Assembly (NCBI GenBank): GCA_022530585.1
Contig: CP092821.1
Coordinates: 819,465 to 883,464 of the forward strand
DNA: 64,000 bases
Source of the DNA: Candidatus Nealsonbacteria bacterium DGGOD1a
GTDB lineage: Bacteria > Patescibacteriota > Minisyncoccia > Minisyncoccales > UBA5738
Reading direction: 5' to 3'
Position 1 is the first letter of the stretch; each line of letters starts with the position of its first letter. Under the pieces are notes generated by a model. That model did not search any database and had not been told where the DNA came from. It was given only the letters and a program-made list of their open reading frames with translations. Shown here one piece after another: positions 56,716 through 64,000 of this stretch. A program made the position numbers and the translations under genes.

Positions 56716-57490
56716 TTGTTTTTAATTCTTTTAAAGCCGCCTGGTATTCCTGTTCGGACGGCGCTTTATAATGGTATAAATTCTGCCCTTCCATAAAGCT
56801 CACGCCTTTGCCTTTGACGGTTTTGGCAATCGCCACGGTTGGTTTTCCCGCCACCGGTTCATTGATCGCTTTTTCGATTTGGCCAAAATCGTGGCCATCG
56901 ATCTCGCGAACATTCCAGCCGAACGCCCGCCATTTATCGCCCAGCGGCTCGATATTCAAAATTTCGTCCACGCCGCCCATGGCCTGCAAGCCGTTGCTGT
57001 CGACAAACACCAAAAGATTGTCCAAACCGTGCTGGCGCGCGATCAACGCCGATTCCCAAGTGGTGCCGATCTGCATTTCGCCGTCCGACATCACGGCAAA
57101 AATTTTCCCGCTTTCTTTTTTTGTTTTTTTGGCCAGCGCGAATCCCACGCCGAACGGTAAACCAAAACCCATCGATCCGCCCGCGGCCGGAATTTCGGGA
57201 ATTATCGGCTCGGCCAAACCGATGAATTTACTGCCCGGCTGGCAGAAACTATCCAAATCCGCTTCGGTGATCCGCCCCTTTTGCTTGAGAAAATAATAAA
57301 GCGATGCCGCCGCCCAGCCCTTGCTCAAAATCACCTTGTCGCGATCCAAGTCAATGTTTTCAAAAATCACCGCCAGCATATCAACACAGCTGTAATTGCT
57401 GCCGATATGGCTGGTTTGCGCCTTATAAATCATTTCCAAAACCCTGATTCGGGCATCGTTGGCGATTTTTTTATAGTCCGGTTTATCCAT
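56708..57490 (-). CDS. Transketolase N-terminal-section subunit (TPP-binding)
   Basis: SHIGSNYSCVDMLAVIF...GSMGFGLP...DGEMQIG TPP-binding blocks. Confidence 0.8.
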   Translation of the reverse strand: MDKPDYKKIANDARIRVLEMIYKAQTSHIGSNYSCVDMLAVIFENIDLDRDKVILSKGWAAASLYYFLKQKGRITEADLDSFCQPGSKFIGLAEPIIPEIPAAGGSMGFGLPFGVGFALAKKTKKESGKIFAVMSDGEMQIGTTWESALIARQHGLDNLLVFVDSNGLQAMGGVDEILNIEPLGDKWRAFGWNVREIDGHDFGQIEKAINEPVAGKPTVAIAKTVKGKGVSFMEGQNLYHYKAPSEQEYQAALKELKTNG

Positions 57491-57616
57491 AAATTATTTT
57501 TCGCAATTTATTTTTTTAACTTTAACACAAAACCGCGATTTTTAAAAATATTCCCAAAAACAATCAAAAAGAGGGTTGACCCCTGTAAATTCAAACTAGG
57601 TTGGGTCTCCGCGAAT

Positions 57617-58546
57617 TCAAGCAACGGATTTTGACAGAAATTCAAGGTCTTCCTGCGGCAAACGCCAATCCAACGCGCCGATGTTTTCAACGATATGCTC
57701 GGGCTTGGTGATACCCACAAGCGCCGCGCCATTGGAATTGCGGTCCAAAACCCAGCGAATCGCGGTTTGCGCAGCCGTTTTGGCGTATTTTTTTCCGATA
57801 TCTCCCGCCCGTTTTGCCAATTCCAAATTTTGTTGAAACTTTTCCCCCTGCCAGTTCGAATACCGGCCGCGGACATCGTCTTTTCCGAATTTGAAATCCC
57901 CGGCGATCTTTCCCGACAGCAAACCTTGCGCCAGCGATCCGTAAGTGATTAAAGTGATTTTTCTTTCTTTGCAAAACGGAACCAGTTCGGTTTCGATGCC
58001 GCGGTCGATTAAATTATAAGGCGCCTGCGTTGATTCTCCCCGGCCGACTCTTTCGGCCCTCTCTATCAAACCAACCGGAAAATTGGAATAACCGATATGC
58101 ATAATTTTGCCCTGTTCTTGGCATTTGACCAATGCCGCCATTGTTTCTCCAATGGATGTCGCACCGTCGGGCCAATGAATTTGATACAAAGGAACGCATT
58201 CGATTTTCAAACGCCGCAAACTGGCTTCCAGCGCCTCAACGGCGTATTGGGGGCTGATATCTTTAAAAGTTTTGCCGTCCGGGCCGACGCGCACGCCGAA
58301 TTTCGTGGCGATCACGGCATTCTTGCGGTTTTCGCCCAAGGCCCGGGCCAAAATTTCTTCCGCGTGGCCCCGCCCGTAAACATCGGCTGTGTCAAAAAAA
58401 TTAATCCCCAAATCCCAGGCCCGGCGCAACGCCGCGATAGAATCAAAATCATTGATCTTGCCCCAGCCGAAACCGCCGATCGCCCAAGTGCCCACGCCCA
58501 GACGGCTGATCTTTAAATTTGTTTTTCCCAAATTAACGAATTCCAT
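57617..58546 (-). CDS. Aldo/keto reductase
   Basis: LGVGTWAIGG, FFDTADVYG and IGYSNF conserved AKR blocks. Confidence 0.8.
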   Translation of the reverse strand: MEFVNLGKTNLKISRLGVGTWAIGGFGWGKINDFDSIAALRRAWDLGINFFDTADVYGRGHAEEILARALGENRKNAVIATKFGVRVGPDGKTFKDISPQYAVEALEASLRRLKIECVPLYQIHWPDGATSIGETMAALVKCQEQGKIMHIGYSNFPVGLIERAERVGRGESTQAPYNLIDRGIETELVPFCKERKITLITYGSLAQGLLSGKIAGDFKFGKDDVRGRYSNWQGEKFQQNLELAKRAGDIGKKYAKTAAQTAIRWVLDRNSNGAALVGITKPEHIVENIGALDWRLPQEDLEFLSKSVA

Positions 58547-59171
58547 TTTTTTTCTCTCCCAAGCTTCTCTTTTTTAAAAAAATTACTTTCACGATTTCCC
58601 AAAAAGTGAGCCAGATTATTTTGACATCGGTGAAAAACGAACTTTCTTTGGCGTATCTTATGCGCAATTTGTTTTTTTCCGGCTCGATCTTTTCCATATA
58701 AATTTTGTCCACATCTTCGCTGCCCAGAATCTGGTCCAAGTTAATGAACGCGATTGACGCATAATCGGTCATTCCGGGCTTGACGCTCAAAATCAGCCTT
58801 TCTTCTCCTTCATACAAATCAGTGTATTTTTTAACCTGCGGCCGCGGCCCGACGATGCTCATCTCCCCCTTTAACACATTGAATAATTGGGGCATTTCAT
58901 CCAGCTTGTATTTGCGCAGCGTCCGGCCGATTTTAATGTTGCGCGGATCATTGTCCGCGGTCGACGGCCCGCCCAGTTTCTCGGCATCGACCACCATGGT
59001 GCGAAACTTTAAAATCTTGAATTGTTTGCCGCCCTTTCCCGTGCGCAAGCCGCGGTAAAACACCGGGCCGGGCGAATTCAATTCAATTGCCAGCGCCACG
59101 ACAATCATTATCGGCGCGAATATGGCCAAACAAACCGCGGAAACAACAATGTCAAACAGCCGTTTCAACAT
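58533..59171 (-). CDS. Polyprenyl-phosphate sugar phosphotransferase (PglC/WbaP 'bacterial sugar transferase' family)
   Basis: MLKRLFDIVVS plus TM, KFRTM, and DELPQLFNVLKGEMSIVGPRP. The start is probably at the internal MLKRL. Confidence 0.75.
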   Translation of the reverse strand: MLKRLFDIVVSAVCLAIFAPIMIVVALAIELNSPGPVFYRGLRTGKGGKQFKILKFRTMVVDAEKLGGPSTADNDPRNIKIGRTLRKYKLDEMPQLFNVLKGEMSIVGPRPQVKKYTDLYEGEERLILSVKPGMTDYASIAFINLDQILGSEDVDKIYMEKIEPEKNKLRIRYAKESSFFTDVKIIWLTFWEIVKVIFLKKRSLGEKKNGIR

Positions 59172-59176
59172 ATTTT

Positions 59177-59953
59177 TTATTCTTTGGGGTCCGACAAAAC
59201 AAAAATCGTTTGCCACGCCAGCCATTGAATTCCCGGAATCTTCAACAAAACCGCGTCCACGATTTCAAAAAACCCGAGCACCGGCTTGAAAACCGGCGTA
59301 TGCCGGAACGGTACGGCCAATAAGGCGGCCAGATAAAAAAATTTTATGTCAATTTTACCAAAATTTTTTTTGGCGGCGTAAATCGATTCTTTGGTCAAAA
59401 TATGGTTTGCCTCCCATTCGGTTCGCAATTTCGGCGTCATTTTGCGGTAAAGCTGGAACACCGGATTATAGGCCAAGGGTTCACCGCAAATGACCTGGCC
59501 GCCGGGCTTCAAAACCCGCGCCAATTCCGGATAAACTTTTTTTAAATCAAGATGATGCAAAACTCCGGTACAAACAATATAGTCGAACGAATTGGCGGCA
59601 AATGCCATATTCTCCCCGTCCATCACCAAAAAGAGCGGCTTGTTTTCCTGCCCTGATTTCTGCGCCTTTTCGTTGGCGAATTTTATTGAGACATCGGAGA
59701 TATCAATGCCGGTGATATCGGCTCCCAGCGACGCCAAAGAAACGCTCACATCGCCTTCACCGCAACAAAAATCCAGAAATTTTTTGCCCGGAGCAATCCT
59801 TTGCGCCACCCAATTATCAATATGCCGGCGGCTTTTGCGAGTTATTGAATAAAACTTTTTATTATCTGCGGCGGCCTCCGCGTCATCAGCCCGGCGCAAC
59901 ATATTCTTCAAATTGTTCGCGTGCTCCCTCTCTTTGATTTTTCGCTGTTCCAT
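59177..59953 (-). CDS. Class I SAM-dependent methyltransferase
   Basis: FLDFCCGEGDVS (motif I), then DISDVS. The start is probably at MEQRK. Confidence 0.65.
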   Translation of the reverse strand: MEQRKIKEREHANNLKNMLRRADDAEAAADNKKFYSITRKSRRHIDNWVAQRIAPGKKFLDFCCGEGDVSVSLASLGADITGIDISDVSIKFANEKAQKSGQENKPLFLVMDGENMAFAANSFDYIVCTGVLHHLDLKKVYPELARVLKPGGQVICGEPLAYNPVFQLYRKMTPKLRTEWEANHILTKESIYAAKKNFGKIDIKFFYLAALLAVPFRHTPVFKPVLGFFEIVDAVLLKIPGIQWLAWQTIFVLSDPKE

Positions 59954-59964
59954 TTTGATATTAT

Positions 59965-60972
59965 TTATTTCGTAAAGATTAATTTTAAAAAACCGTTCAT
60001 TGATCCCAGCGCGTAAGCCAAATGGCGCGATCCAAACGCGACGGGCATCAAAAACGCGTAGCGCCAATCGCGCTCTTTTACGGAAATTTTAACAGAAAAA
60101 AACAAACTAAGCAAAATATAAAACGCGGCCAAAAACCACAAAACCGGCCAAAAACCCGGCCAAAAAAACCCGGCAACCGCGAATAAAACCGCAAATAAAA
60201 AACACGAAGCGGGCAAATAGTGCCTTAATCTTAGCGATTCCTTGGTAAATTTGCGCGAAAAGATAACCCATGTGCCGCCGTAAAAATCGTGAATAAAAAA
60301 ATCTTTAAGGTCGGACCGCGCGTAATAGCGGCAAATAATGTCGGGAGCCAGCAATATTTTACCGCCGGATTTTTTTAATCTGACATTAAATTCCATATCT
60401 TGGCCGCGCGTCAATTTTTCATTGAAAAAACCTATTTTGTCGAAAATTTCTTTCCGGTAACAACCGCCAAAAACCGTATCCACCCATTTGGGTTCATTGG
60501 ACTTCATGCGGAAATGGGAATCGCCCACGCCAAACGGACTGGATAAAGCCCGAACAATCGCCTTGCCCATTATCGTGCCATTTCTCGATAGAGTAATCAT
60601 GCGGCCACCGACATTATCGGCACCGTATTCATTCAGATAGTAAACACATTTGGACAAATAATCATTTTGATAATCAGCGTGCGCCCCCATTATAGCGACA
60701 ACTTCCCCCTTGGCACTTTGTATGCCGAGGTTAAAAGCAAATGGAGTGAATATTTTTTCATTATCCAGCATCCGAATCCGGCGGTCTTTTTTTGCGTAAC
60801 TTTCCAAAATCCGGCGCGTGCCATCCGTACTGGCGCCATCGACAACAATAATCTCAAAACGGCCGCCGGGATAATCCTGCGCCAAAACCGCATCAAGACA
60901 TTTTGCGATGTGCTTTTCCTCGTTGCGGCAAGGAATTACAATTGTTACCAATGGCAATGTAATTTTGTCCAT
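59965..60972 (-). CDS. Family 2 glycosyltransferase with a C-terminal TM extension
   Basis: VTIVIPCRNEE...IVVDGASTDGT, then hydrophobic C-terminal helices. Confidence 0.75.
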   Translation of the reverse strand: MDKITLPLVTIVIPCRNEEKHIAKCLDAVLAQDYPGGRFEIIVVDGASTDGTRRILESYAKKDRRIRMLDNEKIFTPFAFNLGIQSAKGEVVAIMGAHADYQNDYLSKCVYYLNEYGADNVGGRMITLSRNGTIMGKAIVRALSSPFGVGDSHFRMKSNEPKWVDTVFGGCYRKEIFDKIGFFNEKLTRGQDMEFNVRLKKSGGKILLAPDIICRYYARSDLKDFFIHDFYGGTWVIFSRKFTKESLRLRHYLPASCFLFAVLFAVAGFFWPGFWPVLWFLAAFYILLSLFFSVKISVKERDWRYAFLMPVAFGSRHLAYALGSMNGFLKLIFTK

Positions 60973-60976
60973 ACCA

Positions 60977-62545
60977 TTACTTTAACCGATAAATCTCCAA
61001 CCCGGCAACTTTTCCCATGCTGATATCGGGTTTGTTTTTTAAAAATTCAGGCGCGGCGCCGGCGGCCTTCCAAACAATATAATAGTCAATGTCGCAATCA
61101 AACAGTTGCGAACGCAAATCTTCCCGGCCAAGTTCGAAATTTGGAATACCGTAATACTGTCCCCGAAACTGAAACGCCAGATAAAGCGACCTTGACCATT
61201 CGGCATTGGAAGCGATTTTCCCGTTCACGCCGGAATTTTCCAACTGTAAATACATCCGCCGGTCTTCCCGGCCCGTATCCACGCGGGACACAAGTTTGTA
61301 TATTGGCATCAGCGTAAAAGAAAAAATGGCAAAAAACAATACCGCCGATTTTATTTTCGGATTCTGTTTTAACCATCCAAAATCATCAACGATTTTCGCC
61401 GCCAATACCAACAGCAATATCTGCGCAACCCAGATATAGCGTTCTTCAATATGAATCGGAAGATACCCGGCCGTTAATATCAAGATCGTCAAAACCAAAC
61501 AAATATGGTCGCGGATAAAAATCTTTCGCGAACCGCTTTTGAAAATTATAACGATCGAAATAACCAGCGCGGCCAGCGCCAACAGCGAAAACCGCCCGTA
61601 GATGCCGATGAACGCCTTTCCGGAGTTAGCGATCGCATTAAGCGCGTAATGCCGGATTTTTTCGTCGAACGGTACCTTTTGAGCCACCGGAACCGCGATC
61701 AATCCCGGATCATCCCACGCGCTCAACGAATATTCATCCGCCGGCGGCAGAAAGCCAAGATAATCCAGCGGATCTCCCTCCGCGCCCGGACCGTAGGCCG
61801 CCAGATTATACGCTCCGGTACGACCGATGGTGAATTCTCCGTATTTGGCGGAGATCAACGCGATCCAAACGCCGCCGATAATCGCGAACGCCATTGTTCC
61901 GGCGATAAAATTGCGGAAAATATTTTTTCTTTCCGCAACCGTTTTTGACCGCCAGAAGAAAATCGCGCCAAACAGCGCGAAATGAACAATAAAAAATAAA
62001 AAGGCGTAAGTTTTGGCAAGATACGCCAATCCGCCCAAAATGCCGCACCACAACCCGTAATTGTTAGCCATGCAATCCTCGCGGAAAATAAAACTTAAGT
62101 AAAAAATTATAATCGCTGACAACAACAAATCCGGCGTGGTCAGCGACACGGCGCAATAAACCGCGATCGGAACCAACGCGGCAATAATCATTTTTTTGGC
62201 GCGCCCGGCCAGATCAAAACAATCCAAAAGTTTATTTGACGCGATCAGCAATCCCAAACCGGCCAAAATGCCAACGATCTTCGCCGCGACCATCGCCGGA
62301 ATCCCAAACGCGATAAAGATCGCGATCAACCAAGAATATAACGGGCTCCAAAAACCGTTGACCGCGGGCCAAAAATTTCCCGCGGCGTATTTTTGCGCGA
62401 TCGAAAGATAGGCCAGTCCGTCGGTATTCCACTGGTAACGGTAAAAAAAGGCGAACAACAACGCCAGAGACAAATACACCACGGCCGATAAAAACTCAAA
62501 CTTGTTAATTTTTTTAAAAATCGAAGCCATTGAATTTGTTGGCAT
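60977..62545 (-). CDS. GT-C-fold glycosyltransferase-like polytopic membrane protein (ArnT/PMT_2-like)
   Basis: About 12 TM helices with a conserved N-terminal loop. Confidence 0.55.
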   Translation of the reverse strand: MPTNSMASIFKKINKFEFLSAVVYLSLALLFAFFYRYQWNTDGLAYLSIAQKYAAGNFWPAVNGFWSPLYSWLIAIFIAFGIPAMVAAKIVGILAGLGLLIASNKLLDCFDLAGRAKKMIIAALVPIAVYCAVSLTTPDLLLSAIIIFYLSFIFREDCMANNYGLWCGILGGLAYLAKTYAFLFFIVHFALFGAIFFWRSKTVAERKNIFRNFIAGTMAFAIIGGVWIALISAKYGEFTIGRTGAYNLAAYGPGAEGDPLDYLGFLPPADEYSLSAWDDPGLIAVPVAQKVPFDEKIRHYALNAIANSGKAFIGIYGRFSLLALAALVISIVIIFKSGSRKIFIRDHICLVLTILILTAGYLPIHIEERYIWVAQILLLVLAAKIVDDFGWLKQNPKIKSAVLFFAIFSFTLMPIYKLVSRVDTGREDRRMYLQLENSGVNGKIASNAEWSRSLYLAFQFRGQYYGIPNFELGREDLRSQLFDCDIDYYIVWKAAGAAPEFLKNKPDISMGKVAGLEIYRLK

Positions 62546-62562
62546 TTAATTTTATTTCGCAA

Positions 62563-63651
62563 TCACCTTGGCAATAAATATTTATACAAGCCTTCCATCA
62601 GCCGCATTTGGGTTTTGTAATCGTTTCTTTCCATAATCGTGCGGCGGGCGTTTTCTCCGATTTTGGTTGTAATCTCGCGATCGGATAAAATTTTAATGAT
62701 ATTTTCCGCCAACACGGCATAATCTTTAACCGGCGACAAAAAACCGTTCTTGCCGTTTTCGATCCACTTGCCGTTTTCTCCGGAATCGGTAACCGCCGGG
62801 GGCAAACCGCAAGCCATCGCCTCGGCCGTACTGCCGGCAATGCCCGAATCCGAAAGCGAAGTGGAAACATAGGCGTTAAAACTGCGAAACCAGCGCGGCA
62901 AATCATTGTGCGGAATGAATCCGGCGAAAATCACATTGCTTTCAATCCCCAAATCTTTTGCTTGGCGTTTCAATTCCGCTTCAAGCGACCCCCGGCCGCC
63001 GATAACAAATTTGGCGGCGGGAATTTTTTCAATCACGATCGCCGCGGCTTTCAACAAAGCGGGAATATCATAAATCGGCTCAAGACTGCGCACGCTGACA
63101 ACCGAGGGGCAATTTTCAATACCCAATTTTTTTTGCAGTTCCTTGTCGGCCGGACCCGGACAAAAAATATCGGCCTCAACCCCGAAATTGACAATTTTAA
63201 TTCTTTGTTCGGGTACTCCCAGCCTGATTATCGCGTCTTTCAAATGAAAAGCGTCGCAGGTCACCAAGTTGGCATCTTTCATTGCCGGCGCGATCAAAAG
63301 CCTCATCGCCGGTTTTCGCGCCGCGACCAAAATATCCGACCCCCATGCCGTGATCACCAGAGGATGGAACCCGGCAAGCCAAGCCAATACTCCGTTAACG
63401 CCCGCGTAATGAGCGTGCAAAATATCCGGTTTGATCTTTTTAACCAATCGGCGCACCGCCCGCGCGTTGGCGATAATTTTAAAACTTTTGAACCGGCTGT
63501 CCTTTATCAGATAAAATCTGACATTGGGCGGCAAAACGCCTTCCGGCTTGGAAGTCGATATCCAATCGATATTATGGCCGTTTTCGGCGAAATAGCTTAT
63601 CCACCGCAGCGAATGCGGACTGGCCGCGTCGGCAATATAACAAATTTTCAT
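62563..63651 (-). CDS. Family 4 (group 1) glycosyltransferase
   Basis: A GT-B fold with the C-terminal motif AGSTAEAMACGLPPAV. Confidence 0.75.
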   Translation of the reverse strand: MKICYIADAASPHSLRWISYFAENGHNIDWISTSKPEGVLPPNVRFYLIKDSRFKSFKIIANARAVRRLVKKIKPDILHAHYAGVNGVLAWLAGFHPLVITAWGSDILVAARKPAMRLLIAPAMKDANLVTCDAFHLKDAIIRLGVPEQRIKIVNFGVEADIFCPGPADKELQKKLGIENCPSVVSVRSLEPIYDIPALLKAAAIVIEKIPAAKFVIGGRGSLEAELKRQAKDLGIESNVIFAGFIPHNDLPRWFRSFNAYVSTSLSDSGIAGSTAEAMACGLPPAVTDSGENGKWIENGKNGFLSPVKDYAVLAENIIKILSDREITTKIGENARRTIMERNDYKTQMRLMEGLYKYLLPR

Positions 63652-64000
63652 GGTTTCAATTTTTTAAACAAATCAATCGCGGAATCCCGGTACAACCCGA
63701 TATCGGATTTCCTGGGCAAAATAATTTCAAGAAAACTGTTTTTTGAAATGATCTTATACGCGATCGCCGCGCAAAAAAACATTAAACAATAAGTGGCATC
63801 GGCGGCCCAAGCCGCGCCGATTATTCCCCATCGAGATATAAAGAATATATTGAAAATAATACCGGAGAAAAACGCGGCCGCGCTGATATAGCTGACGATT
63901 ATCTGCCGGCCGCGGCCGCAAATGTCGTTGGAAAGTATTTCCCAGCCGCAGTACGCGACAACTCCAATCAGCAATATCCGAAGCGGCTCCACGGCGTCGG
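63648..64000 (-). CDS. Polysaccharide flippase (Wzx/MATE-like), C-terminal part. The gene continues beyond the window end.
   Basis: C-terminal TM helices. The frame is open to the window edge. It overlaps the GT4 gene by 4 nt. Confidence 0.5.
   Translation of the reverse strand, partial: DAVEPLRILLIGVVAYCGWEILSNDICGRGRQIIVSYISAAAFFSGIIFNIFFISRWGIIGAAWAADATYCLMFFCAAIAYKIISKNSFLEIILPRKSDIGLYRDSAIDLFKKLKP

Overview
This 64-kb window looks like a small, gene-dense genome, possibly CPR/Patescibacteria-like; that phylum-level guess is inference only. Almost all housekeeping genes sit on the minus strand. I recognise secA, secD/secF, lepA, murJ, murB, pgk, hpf, an RNase P RNA (rnpB), a split transketolase, a heterodimeric ABC exporter, and many glycosyltransferases.

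Three regions stand out:

1. A glycan-synthesis block at 2.4-9.2 kb.

2. An AT-rich accessory/mobile island at about 9.5-21.3 kb. It holds an IS3 element inserted into a DUF3800-like gene. It also holds a Type II restriction-modification module with Vsr, and an uncharacterised four-gene operon centred on a GHKL (MORC-like) ATPase and an HTH-zinc ribbon-HNH nuclease. Next to these are a large serine recombinase, three copies of a ~97-bp repeat, and an IS200-like element. The GHKL-HNH operon is the best candidate for a previously undescribed defence or restriction-like system.

3. A polysaccharide / O-antigen-like cluster at 46-64 kb.

Other notable items are a HepT/MntA toxin-antitoxin pair inserted behind secA with a duplicated secA tail, a transposase gene with inverted repeats and 15-bp direct repeats next to rnpB, a 73-bp perfectly identical structured repeat present twice, and a PaaX-like regulator bracketed by two identical 34-bp perfect palindromes. 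Several ORF-track ORFs are artefacts of upstream read-through or lie antisense to genes, RNAs or repeats.

Coordinates for features read by eye (repeats, small ORFs, RNAs) may be off by a few bases. Coordinates derived from the ORF track are exact.
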